Shown one piece after another: positions 1 through 12,763 of a DNA stretch of 64,000 bases. The translations under genes were made by a program, and so were the position numbers. The stretch comes from Anaeramoeba ignava BMAN. Taxonomy: Eukaryota; Protista; Anaeramoebae. How positions within the stretch are numbered: the first letter of the stretch is position 1; every line of letters starts with the position of its first letter. The notes below the pieces were generated by a model. It saw only the letters and a program-made list of their open reading frames with translations, was not told the DNA's origin and did no database searches. The stretch spans positions 372,001-436,000 of the forward strand of contig JAPDFW010000114.1 in assembly GCA_028826165.1 (NCBI GenBank), read 5' to 3'.

Positions 1-600
1 TAAATATTAAATATTAAATAATAAAAATTAAATAATAAATAATAAATAATAAATATTAAATAATAAATATTAAATATTAAATAATAAATAATAAATAATA
101 AATAATAAATAATAAATAATAAATATTAAATATTAAATAATAAATTAAATAATAAATTAAATAATAAATTAAATAATAAATTAAATATTAAATATTAAAT
201 AATAAATAATAAATATTAAATATTATAAATTAAATAATAAATATTAAATAATATTAAATATTAAATAATAAATATTAAATATTAAATATTAAATATTAAA
301 TAATAAATATTAAATAATATTAAATAATAAATAATAAATATTAAATATTAAATATTAAATATTAAATATTAAATAATAAATTAAATATTAAATATTAAAT
401 ATTAAATAATAAATAAAAAATATTAAATATTAATTTAAATAATAAATATTAAATAATAATAAATATTAAATTAAATAATAAATATTAAATTAAATAATAA
501 ATATTAAATATTAAATATTAAATATTAATTTAAATAATAAATATTAAATAATAAATAATAAATATTAAATATTAAATATTAAATATTAAATTGAAATTAA
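1..600. repeat. Intronic ~7-nt satellite (AAATATT/AAATAAT)n
   Basis: Directly visible. Follows the GT donor at 604 of the minus-strand gene. Confidence 0.85.
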
Positions 601-604
601 TTAC

Positions 605-1132
605 ATTTTGAACACTTTCTTTATACATATCAGTTCCAAAATTTTTGATTTTGTTTGCAAAAATTCCTGAAACACTTGTTGAAATTGTTCCAATATCAAC
701 AAGTTTAGTTTTAGTTTTTTGATTTTCAGGATCAGGAAAATAAATACTTTTTCCATGAAGAGTAAAGAACTGTCTAAAAGAACCATTTCTAACAATTACC
801 GTTAAGTTTTTTTTTTTTTTGTCTAGTAAACAATCTTCTAAAAATATTGAAGTATTTGTTTTGATAAACATTTTCACAAATTTTGGAAGTCCTTCATTTT
901 CAAACTCAAATTTTCTTCTTATAAATATTAAATTTCCTTCTTTGCAAGTTTCTAAAATTTCAACTGAAATTGATTTTGGCCAGAAATCTTTACTTGATTG
1001 CATATCTTTTTTTAATTAAATTTAATTAAATTTTTAAATTAAATTTTTTTTATTTTTTTTATTTTTTTTACATCGATCACTAATTTTTTGAAAAGGAATT
1101 GAAAAAGTATATTGAAAGCAAGATTTTGACAT
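605..1132 (-). CDS. PRELI/Ups/MSF1-like lipid-transfer domain protein (3' end lies beyond the window start)
   Basis: Exon 1 1132-1072 (MSKSCFQYTFSIPFQKISDR), intron GT 1071..AG 1006, exon 2 1005-605, then a GTAATT donor at 604 into a repeat-filled intron. RRKF..LPKFVKMF..IFLEDCLLD..KNLTVIVRN..YFPDPEN..T resembles the PRELI pattern. Confidence 0.65.
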
Positions 1133-1277
1133 TATTAAAAAGAAGAATAGAAGAAAAGAAAAAAGGAAAAAAATGAAAAATTAAAAAAAGCGAAAATTTT
1201 TTTATTATTTTTTTTTCATTTTTTTCCTTTTTATTTTTTTAATTTGTTTCTTTCTTTTTTTTTGGTTTATTTTTTTG

Positions 1278-4200
1278 ATGAAGTTTCTTTATAATATTTT
1301 TGTTTTTCTTTTTTTATTTTCTTTTTCATTTGGTTTAATTAGTGATTATACAATTCACACAGATGATCAAGTAATTTTCATTGATTATTTTGGATTTTAT
1401 AAAAACGGAACAGCAAAAATGTCTATTGATATATCAGTAAAACATTTCCAAACCAAAAAAAAATAAAATTCAATTAAAAAATCCAAAAATTTTAATTTAA
1501 AAAATTCAATTAAAAAATTTTAATTTAAAAAATTTTAATTTAAAAAAAGCCATTTCAATATAATTTGCAATTTTATGTTTGTTCATATAAAACTCAAGGA
1601 AGTGTATTATTCAAATCATATTTTTATTTTCAAATAAAAGTATAAATTTATGAATAAAAAAATATAATTTTTAGATTGATATAGATTCAATTGATTTTTG
1701 TTCACATATTCGATTTAAATGTTGGACACAAATATATATACATAATGAGTCTTTTTATTGGGAAGGAAATATTCCAACAAAAGATCATTATTTCTTTTAT
1801 GTTACTCAATGTAATCAAACACATGATTTAACTCTTGATGTATTTTTGTTGAATATTAAATATTAATTTAAATATTAAATTAAATATTGATTTAAATATT
1901 AATTTAAATATTAATTTAAATATTGATTTAAATATTGATTTAAATATTGATTTAAATATTGATTTAAATATTGATTTAAATATTAATTTAAATATTAATT
2001 TAAATATTGAATTAAATATTGATTTAAATATTAAATTAAATATTGATTTAAATATTGATTTAAATATTGATTTAAATATTAATTTAAATATTGATTTAAA
2101 TATTGATTTAAATATTAATTTAAATATTAATTTAAATATTAATTTAAATATTGATTTAAATATTAAAATTAAATATTGATTTAAATATTGGTTTAAATAT
2201 TAATTTAAATATTAATTTAAATATTAAATTAAATATTGATTTAAATATTGATTTGAATATTGATTTAAATATTAATTTTAAATATTGATTTAAATATTGA
2301 ATTAAATATTGATTTAAATATTAATTTAAATATTAATTTAAATATTAAATTAAATATTGATTTAAATATTGAATTAAATATTGAATTAAATATTGAATTA
2401 AATATTGAATTAAATATTGAATTAAATATTGAATTAAATATTGATTTAAATATTGATTTAAATATTAATTTTAAATATTAAATTAAATATTGATTTAAAT
2501 ATTAATTTAAATATTAAATTTAAATATTTATTTAAATATTAATTTAAATATTGATTTAAATATTGATTTAAATATTAAATTAAATATTGATTTAAATATT
2601 AATTTAAATATTGATTTAAATATTAATTTAAATATTGATTTAAATATTAATTTAAATATTGATTTTAAATATTGATTTAAATATTAATTTAAATATTAAA
2701 TTTAAATATTAATTTAAATATTGATTTAAATATTGATTTAAATATTGATTTTAAATATTGATTTAAATATTAATTTAAATATTAATTTAAATATTAATTT
2801 AAATATTAAATTTAATATTAATTTAAATATTGATTTAAATATTGATTTAAATATTGATTTAAATATTAATTTAAATATTGATTTAAATATTGATTTAAAT
2901 ATTAAATTAAATATTGATTTAAATATTGATTTAAATATTGATTTTAAATATTGATTTAAATATTGATTTAAATATTGATTTTAAATATTGATTTAAATAT
3001 TAAATTAAATATTGAGTTTAAATATTGATTTAAATATTGATTTTAAATATTAAAATTAAAAATTGAATTAAATATTAAATATTAAATTAAATATTAATAT
3101 AAATATTGATTTAAATATTGATTTAAATATTAATTTAAATATTAATTTAAATATTGATTTAAATATTGATTTAAATGTTAATTTAAATATTGATTTAAAT
3201 ATTAATTTAAATATTGATTTAAATATTAAATTAAATATTTATTTAAATATTAATTTAAATATTGATTTAAATATTGATTTTAAATATTAATTTAAATATT
3301 GATTTTAAATATTAATATAAATATTGATTTAAATATTGATTTAAATATTGAATTAAATATTGAATATTAAATTAAATGTTAATTTAAATATTAAATTTAA
3401 ATATTAATATAAATATTAATTTAAATATTGATTTAAATATTAATTTAAATATTAAATTTAAATATTAATTTAAATATTAATTTAAATATTGATTTAAATA
3501 TTAAATATTAATTTAAATATTGATATAAATATTGATTTAAATATTGATTTAAATATTGATTTAAATATTGATTTAAATATTGATTTAAATATTGATTTAA
3601 ATATTGATTTAAATATTGATTTAAATATTGATTTAAATATTGATTTAAATATTGATTTAAATATTGATTTTAAATATTGATTTAAATATTAATTTAAATA
3701 TTGATTTAAATATTAATTTAAATATTAATTTAAATATTGATTTAAATATTGATTTAAATATTGATTTTAAATATTAAAATTAAATATTGATTTAAATATT
3801 AATTTAAATATTAAATTTAATATTAATTTAAATATTGATTTAAATATTGATTTAAATATTAAATTAAATATTGATTTAAATATTGATTTAAATATTGATT
3901 TAAATATTGATTTAAATATTGATTTAAATATTGATTTAAATATTGATTTAAATATTGATTTAAATATTGATTTAAATATTAAATTAAATATTGATTTTAA
4001 ATATTGATTTAAATATTGATTTAAATATTGATTTAAATATTGATTTAAATATTGATTTAAATATTGAATTTAAATATTGATTTTAAATATTGATTTAAAT
4101 ATTGATTTAAATATTGAATTTAAATATTGATTTAAATATTGATTTAAATATTGATTTAAATATTAATTTAAATATTGATTTAAAATATTAATTTTAAATA

Positions 4201-6906
4201 TTAAATTTAATATTAATTTAAATATTGATTTAAATATTAAATTAAATATTAAATTTAAATATTGATTTTAAATATTGATATAAATATTGATTTAAATATT
4301 GATTTTAAATATTAAATTTAAATATTAATTTAAATATTGATTTAAATATTGATTTTAAATATTGATTTAAATATTGATTTAAATATTGATTTAAATATTA
4401 ATTTAAATATTAAATTAAATATTAATTTAAATATTGATTTTAAATATTGAATTAAATATTGAATTAAATATTAATTTAAATATTAATTTAAATATTAATT
4501 TAAATATTTATTTAAATATTAATTTAAATATTGATTTAAATATTGATTTAAATATTGATTTTAAATATTAAATTAAATATTGATTTAAATATTAATTTAA
4601 ATATTAAATTTAATATTAATTTAAATATTGATTTAAATATTGATATAAATATTGATTTAAATATTGATTTTAAATATTAATTTAAATATTAATTTAAATA
4701 TTAATTTAAATATTGATTTAAATATTGATTTAAATATTGATTTTAAATATTGATTTAAATATTGATTTTAAATATTGATTTAAATATTGATTTAAATATT
4801 GATTTAAATATTAATTTAAATATTAAATTAAATATTGATTTAAATATTAAATTAAATATTAATTTAAATATTAATTTAAATATTAATTTAAATATTAATT
4901 TAAATATTGATTTAAATATTGAATTAAATATTGATTTAAATATTAAATTAAATATTGATTTTAAATATTAAATATTAAATATTAATTTAAATATTGATTT
5001 AAATATTGATTTAAATATTGATTTAAATATTAATTTAAATATTGATTTAAATATTAATTTTAAATATTGATTTAAATATTGATTTAAATATTAATTTAAA
5101 TATTAATTTAAATATTAAATTAAATATTGAATTAAATATTAATTTAAATATTAAATTAAATATTGAATTAAATATTAATTTAAATATTAAATTAAATATT
5201 GATTTAAATATTGAATTAAATATTGATATAAATATTGATTTTAAATATTGATTTAAATATTGATTTAAATATTAATATAAATATTAATTTAAATATTGAT
5301 TTAAATATTAATTTAAATATTGATTTAAATATTAATTTAAATATTGATTTAAATATTAAATTAAATATTAATTTAAATATTGATTTAAATATTAATTTAA
5401 ATATTAAATTTAAATATTGAATATTAAATATTAATTTAAATATTGATTTAAATATTGATTTAAATATTGATTTAAATATTGATTTAAATATTGATTTAAA
5501 TATTGATTTAAATATTAAATTAAATATTGATTTAAATATTGATTTAAAAAAAAAGCTTGATTATACATTTATGAACCCTGGTGGTCAATATCTTAGTACA
5601 GATGAAATTCCTCTTCCAAAAATCTTTCTTTCTTTTCTTATAATTTGGGTTTTAGTTGTTATTCTTTGGTTTATTAATTGGTTACTTCATCGCGATCAAA
5701 AAATTAAACTTCATACTTTAATTACATTAACTTTATGCATAAGAATAATTACGATTATCCTTCAACTTTCATATTGGCAAACTTTATCTAAAAAAGGTAA
5801 TTTTGTTTTAAAAAATTAAAATTAAAAATTAATATTAAAATTTAAAATTATAGGAAAAGTAAATTTATCATTTTATGTGACTGTACTTGTTTTTGAATAC
5901 ATTCAAGATTATTTCTTTTTTGGAACAATCATTTTAATAGCAAAAGGATGGTGCATCACAAGAGAAAAACTCAGAAATCAAGAAAAAACAAACATAATTT
6001 TACTTTTATTCTTCCTTGTTTTCTTGATTCAACTTTTTGATGTTATCACTTCAACATGGATATGGCTTATAGTCATTTTATTATTCATCGTCTACTTTCT
6101 TATTCTTCGATTAATTTTTAAAGCAACAGCTGATAACAAAAACCAATTAAAGGTACAAATGATTTTCGTTCGAAATCATAATATTGATCCTCGAACAACT
6201 CCTCATTTCCGGAAATATCAACTTTTCAAACAATTCCATTGGTTCTTCTCAGTATTTGTTGTTTGGCAAATTATTGTATGTTTTTTTAAAATTTTTTTGC
6301 CAGTTCAAATTTTTTTATTCCACTTTTTTTTTGCTTGTTCAAATTTATTTAAACAAAAAAATTTTTTTTTATTTATTTTTTTTTAGTGTTTTGTTATTGG
6401 AATTCTTTTCTTAATTTTTTATCCTTGGCTTGTTGTTCTTTTATTACAAATTGCAGATTTCGTTCTTTTGGCTGGAATAACATTTATATTTCGTCTTAAG
6501 ACTTTTCATCCTTTATTTGAAGAAGTTCCAGAAAATTATTTAACAATTTCCTCTCCAAATACGAATAATTATGAATCAATTATTGATGTAAAAAAACAAA
6601 AACAGAAAAAAAAATTTTTTCCAATTAAAAAATTAATTTAAAATCTTTCTTCTTTAAAGGAAAATGATCAACAAGTTGAATTAAAAGAATGGAGAAAAGG
6701 AATGATTTTAGTAAAAAATTTAATTTTTATTTTAATTTCAATTTAATTTTCAATTTTTAATTTAATTTTTAATTTATTAGCCTCAACCTCAAGATCAAGA
6801 TATTATTATTCTTCAAAATCCAAATGAAAATACTAAACTTTCAGATTCAATTGGATTTGTTGATAATCAACCTCAATATCATTCTCCAAATCAAAATAAT
6901 TTTTAA
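1278..6906 (+). CDS. GPR107/GPR108/TMEM87 (lung seven-TM, GOST family) protein
   Basis: 8 exons in frame: 1278-1436, 1550-1603, 1675-1839, 5556-5796, 5854-6275, 6387-6587, 6660-6710, 6781-6906. Signal peptide, IDYFGF motif, NPGGQYLSTDEIPLP, ILIAKGWCI and KYQLFKQFH motifs, multiple TM helices. Confidence 0.85.
1855..5545. repeat. Intronic 12-nt satellite (TTTAAATATTGA variants) filling the 3.7-kb intron 1840-5555
   Basis: Directly visible. The flanking exons join in phase 0 (LTLD|LDYTFMNPGG). Confidence 0.95.
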
Positions 6907-6983
6907 AAGCAAAAAAAAAAGGAAACAAAATAATTTTTTTTTTCATTTTTTCATTTTCATTTTTTTTCTTTCATTTTGTTTTA

Positions 6984-9694
6984 ATGAAAATTTACATTCA
7001 TTATGAAGAATCAAAACCAGAATTTACATTCATTTTAAATTTATCTAATGAAAAAATTTTTACAATTGAGAATGCATTAAAAGTTTTTGTAGAAAAATAT
7101 AATGAAGTTAATAAAAAGAATTTGGAAATGAATAATTTGAGAATAATTGATCAAAAAGGAAAAGAAATACGATCACATTCAATAATTAGTAAGATATTAA
7201 ATAATGGAGAGGATGTGTTTGTGGTTAAGAAAAAAATAATCCCATCAAAAGTTGTTATTCATAAAACAGAAAAACCAAAACCAAATCAAGAAAATACCAC
7301 AAATCAAGAAAAACCAAAACCAAAAATTAATAAGAAAAAAGAAGTGAATAAACCAAATGAAATTTTGGAACAAGGAATATTGAATGCGAAGAAAATTAAA
7401 AACAAGCAATATGGATTCAAAGAAGCTTTGGAAATTTTTAAAACTTTACACAATAATTTTCCAAAAAGTACAGTTTGTTTGTTTGAAATTGCAGATATTT
7501 ATTATCAAGTAAAAAGATATTCACTTGCTCGGGAATATTTTGGAAAACTTTTTGAATTGGAACCGCATAATTGGAGTGTTTATTATAAAATTTGCAGGTG
7601 TTTTTATAAAGAATCAAAGAATCCAGAAGCTTTTGAAATGTGCAAAAATTTGATAGCAAATATTCAGGAAAATGAGAAACAAATTGATATTTTAAATGAT
7701 TCATATGTTTTATTTGGGAAGATATTACAGAAAAGGAATATGAATAATGATTCAGAAATTGCTTTCTCACTTTTTGTTGTAAAAAAACAAATTTTTTTTT
7801 TATTTATTTATTTAACATTCAATTTGGATCAAAAAAAAAAAATTTCATTTCATTTTATTTAGCAAGTTCTCACAAAAAATGATTCCCATCTCAATGCTTT
7901 AGCTGAATATGCATTGTGTTTAAGTGAAAAGGGGAATGATAGTGAAGCAGTTCATGTTGCATTGCGTTCTATTGTTTTAAATCAATCACATAAAAAAACA
8001 CGAAGAACGTTATCCAAAGTTGTTAAAGGAAATCAAGGAATTGAATATATTAAGAAGGAGCTTTCTCCTTTGGATCAAAAATTAGGGGAAATGTTTGCGT
8101 TTCTTGCTGTTATTATGAAGGATTATGGATCAATTAATGAATCAACTTTACTTTTCAAACAAGCCTTTATTTTCCAAAAACAAAGCATTAATCTTGCTTT
8201 AAATATTCTCCACATTTTAGAAATTCAAAACAATTATCAAGAAGCATTTGAATTTGCAATTTCGTATTGCGAGCAAAATCCCACAAAAGGATTACAATCA
8301 GTTTCTTGTGGAGAAATTTGCGAAATGTTGAAAAATATAAAGGAAAACAAAGAATTTGAATTTAAGGAAAAATTGGATGTGAAAGAAACGAAATCGCAAA
8401 TTGAATATGACAAAATGGATTTGGATTTGTTAGCTTTCTGGTTCACAATAATCAAATTTTTGTTTATTAATCGATATTGCAAGTCTTTAAAATCTTTATC
8501 AAGTTTGATTAATTTAGCACTTCCAAAACAAGAATTACACAAAACAATAATAAGAAATGAAGCAGCTTATTTTTCATGCATTTATGGTGTTCTTAAAACT
8601 CTTTCTTTTGACAATTTATCTGATTATCCACCGATATATGTTGTTGGGGATAGTCATATTTTACCAATTTCTTGGAATACAATTAATTTTGAAGGACAAA
8701 AGAGGATTTTATTTCCAAAACTTATTACAGGATTGAAGATTTGGCATTTAAGAAAGAAAAGTTGTTTTTATCCGAAAAGGAATTTTGAGAAAGTGATTCC
8801 GACAAGTATATTAATTTATTGAATAATATTTCAAAATAATATTTCAAAATAATATTTCAAAATAATATTTCAAAATAATATTTCAAAATAATATTTATTA
8901 AATAATATTTATTAAATAATATTTCAAAATAATATTTATTAAATAATATTTATTTTCCAAATATTTCAAAATAATATTTATTTAACAATATTTATTAAAT
9001 AATATTTATTAAATAATATTTATTAAATAATATTTATTAAATAATATTTATTTTCCAAATATTCCAAAATAATATTTCAAAATAATATTTCAAAATAATA
9101 TTTATTAAATAATATTTATTTTCCAAATATTTCAAAATAATATTTATTAAGTAATATTTATTAAATAATATTTCAAAATAATATTTCAAAATAATATTTC
9201 AAAATAATATTTATTAAATAATATTTATTAAATAATATTTATTAAATAATATTTATTTAACAAAAAAACAAAATCAAGTTCCAAATAATTCAGATCTAAT
9301 TTTCATTCTTGGAGAGATTGATACACGTTCAATACTTTTCACAATTGAAAATTGTTATTATGATAATTTAGATCAAGGATTAAGAGTATTAGCACATATT
9401 TACATATCAATTTTATTAAACTTAATCAAACAACATAATTTCCGAATATTTGTTCATCCTATTCCTCCAGTTTTAGATCAAACAAGATCAGTTGTCAAAG
9501 ATTTTAATCAAATTTTGAAACAATCAATTCCTATTTATAAAAATCCTAAACTTCTTTGGTTAGATTTTTTTGACCAATTATTATCTCATGACAGAAAAAA
9601 TTTACTTCCTGAATTTCAATTTGATGAAGCTCATTTAAATCCAAAATATATTTCTTTAATTGAAAAATCTTTGGAATTGAAAACAAAAAATTAA
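6984..9694 (+). CDS. N-terminal ubiquitin-like region + TPR repeats + C-terminal SGNH-hydrolase-like domain
   Basis: Exons 6984-7778, 7863-8805, 9279-9694. TPR-like helices (LFEIADIYYQ..AREYF..LEPHN). SGNH-type motifs IYVVGDSH, LIFILGEID, HPIPP and FDEAHLNP. Confidence 0.75.
8820..9260. repeat. Intronic 13-15-nt satellite (AATAATATTTCAA/AATAATATTTATTA)
   Basis: Directly visible inside intron 8806-9278. Confidence 0.9.
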
Positions 9695-9785
9695 AAAAGA
9701 AATTCAAAACAAAACAAAAATAAAAAATTTTCAAAAGAATTTTTTTTCATTTTTTCTCTTTTATTTTTTTTCATTTCTTTTTTTA

Positions 9786-12394
9786 ATGTCAACTGGTGGA
9801 GATGCAATTAGATTAATTTTAAAATCAAAATTTCTTTATGAATATTTTAAGAAACATTTTTTTGAAGAATTTAAAAATCCGTTAATGATTGGAGATTATG
9901 GTATTTTAATTCAAAATTTTAAATTTTAAATTTTAAATTTTAAATTAAAAATTTTAATAATTTTTTTTTCTTTAAAGGTTCTGGAAGAAATGAAGAGTAA
10001 TTAGAAATAATTTACTTATAATTTACTTATAAAATTAATTATAAAATTAATTATAAAATTATTTATAAAATTATTTATAAAATTATTTATAAAATTATAT
10101 ATAAAATTATTTATAAAATTATTTATAAAATTATTTATTAAATTATTTATTAAATTAATTATAAAATTATTTATAAAATTAATTATAAAATTAATTATAA
10201 AATTAATTATAAAATTAATTATAAAATTACTTATAAAATTATATATAAAATTATTTATAAAATTATTTATAAAATTAATTATAAAATTATTTATAAAATT
10301 ATTTATAAAATTAAATATAAAATTAAATATAAAATTAATTATAAAATTAATTATAAAATTAAATATAAAATTAATTATAAAATTATTTATAAAATTAATT
10401 ATAAAATTAAATATAAAATTAATTATAAAATTATTTATAAAATTATTTATAAAATTATTTATAAAATTATAAATAAAATTAAATATAAAATTATTTATAA
10501 AATTATTTATAAAATTATTTATAAAATTATTTATAAAATTATTTATAAAATTATTTATAAAATTATTTATAAAATTATTTATAAAATTATTTATAAAATT
10601 ATTTATAAAATTATTTATAAAATTATTTATATAATTATTTATAAAATTAATTATAAAATTATTTATAAAATTAATTATAAAATTAATTATAAAATTAATT
10701 ATAAAATTAATTATAAAATTACTTATAAAATTATATATAAAATTACTTATTAAATTATTTATAAAATTATTTATAAAATTATTTATAAAATTATTTATAA
10801 AATTATTTATAAAATTATTTATAAAATTATTAATAAAATTAATTATAAAATTATTTATTAAATTATTTATTAAATTATTTATTAAATTATTTATAAAATT
10901 ATTTATAAAATTATTTATAAAATTATTTATAAAATTATTTATAAAATTATTTATAAAATTATTAATAAAATTATTTATAAAATTATTTATAAAATTAATT
11001 ATAAAATTAATTATAAAATTAATTATAAAATTATTTATTAAATTATTTATAAAATTATTTATTAAATTATTTATAAAATTATTTATAAAATTAATTATAA
11101 AATTAATTATAAAATTATTTATAAAATTATTTATAAAATTATATATTTAAATTATTTATAAAATTATTAATAAAATTAATTATAAAATTATTTATAAAAT
11201 TATTTATAAAATTATTTATAAAATTAATTATAAAATTATTTATAAAATTATTTATAAAATTATTTATAAAATTATTTATAAAATTAATTATAAAATTATT
11301 TATAAAATTAATTATAAAATTATTTATAAAATTATTTATAAAATTAATTATAAAATTAATTATAAAATTATTTATAAAATTATTTATAAAATTATTTATA
11401 AAATTATTTATAAAATTATTTATAAAATTAATTATAAAATTATTTATAAAATTATTTATAAAATTAATTATAAAATTATTTATAAAATTATTTATAAAAT
11501 TATTTATAAAATTATTTATAAAATTATTTATTAAATTAATTATAAAATTATTTATAAAATTATTTATAAAATTATTTATAAAATTATTTATAAAATTATT
11601 TATAAAATTATTTATAAAATTATTTATAAAATTGAAATTGAAATTGAAATTGAAATATTTTAGAGTTCCAATGTTTTTTTCAATTTGGATAAATGAATAC
11701 TTCCCAGAATTTTCTAAAAATATTGAAACTAAAGAAATAAAATCCTATATTTATTGTATTGGTAAGAGAATAGGAAAATCACAAAATAAAAAGAAAATCA
11801 AAAGAAAAAATTTGAATTAATTGAAAAATATCAAAATATTAAAACAATTAAGATTTACATCAAACTCGGTTACTTTCTTTAATGAATAAGTTAGCAGATG
11901 CAAGTATTCTCTCAACAAGTAGAATGATATTCAGTAAATTAGAAGATTTGTCAACAAAAGCAGAGATTCTTGATACACAAATAAAATTATTAAAAAAGGA
12001 AGATATGAATGATTTAGATCTTGAAATTGAAAAATCTAAAAGAATTCCAGAAAATTACTTTGATATTGGTGTTTTAAATAATGATATGATTGGATTCCTT
12101 TATCAATATTACACTGAAAATTCAAAACCTTCTAATTTAATAAAATGTTTGAATGAAATTCGAAAATCTCAAAAGAAAGATAGTTTACTTATTACAACAG
12201 GAGTTGGTCTTCTTTATAAAAATATTGATTATATTAAATTATTAAAAGAAGCGAATTTTGAATTTATTGAATTAATTGATATTAATATTAAAGATCAAGA
12301 CCAATTATTAGTTATTACTAAACCTGAAGAATTTAACTTATCAAAAATGTCTCTTTTGAATCATTATTCTTTTGCAGTTTTTAAAGCAATTTAA
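9786..12394 (+). CDS. Probable class I SAM-dependent methyltransferase-fold protein
   Basis: Exons 9786-9900, 9978-9996 (19 nt), 11664-11761, 11853-12394. The spliced product has MIGDYGSGRN (motif I-like) and IYCIDLH (motif II acidic residue). Confidence 0.55.
10020..11632. repeat. Intronic 12-nt satellite (TTATAAAATTAT)n
   Basis: Directly visible inside intron 9997-11663. Confidence 0.95.
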
Positions 12395-12763
12395 TTTTTA
12401 TATCATTTTGATTTTTTTTCTTTTTTCTTTCAAAACAGATTTTCATTTATTCATTTAATTAATTAATGAATTGATTTTAAATAAAAAAAAGTTAAAAAAA
12501 TGTTAAAAAAAAAGTGGAATAAAAAAAAAAAAAGAAATGAGTAATTATGATAAATAAATTATTAATAATTATTTAATTTAAAAAAAAAAAGCAAAAAATC
12601 TTTTAATTTAATTTTTTTTATTTTTTTATTTTTTAATTTTTTCCAATTTTTTTTTTCTAATTTTTTTATTTGTTTTTTTATTGAAAAATTTTGATTTCTT
12701 TTCATAATTTTCTTTTCCACAAAAAAAATAAATAAGAATAAATAAGAAAAGAATAGAAAAGAA

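Noticed and set aside
2745-5420. ORFs such as MILNIDLNINLN..., and similar ILIL/KIKI/NFNF/DFDF/INLL ORFs at 15717, 20038, 23274-24057, 26593, 35081, 37250-38729, 57149-57916, 62727 and 63250
   Set aside because: They are stop-free frames of satellites with periods divisible by 3, mostly lying within introns whose flanking exons join in frame.
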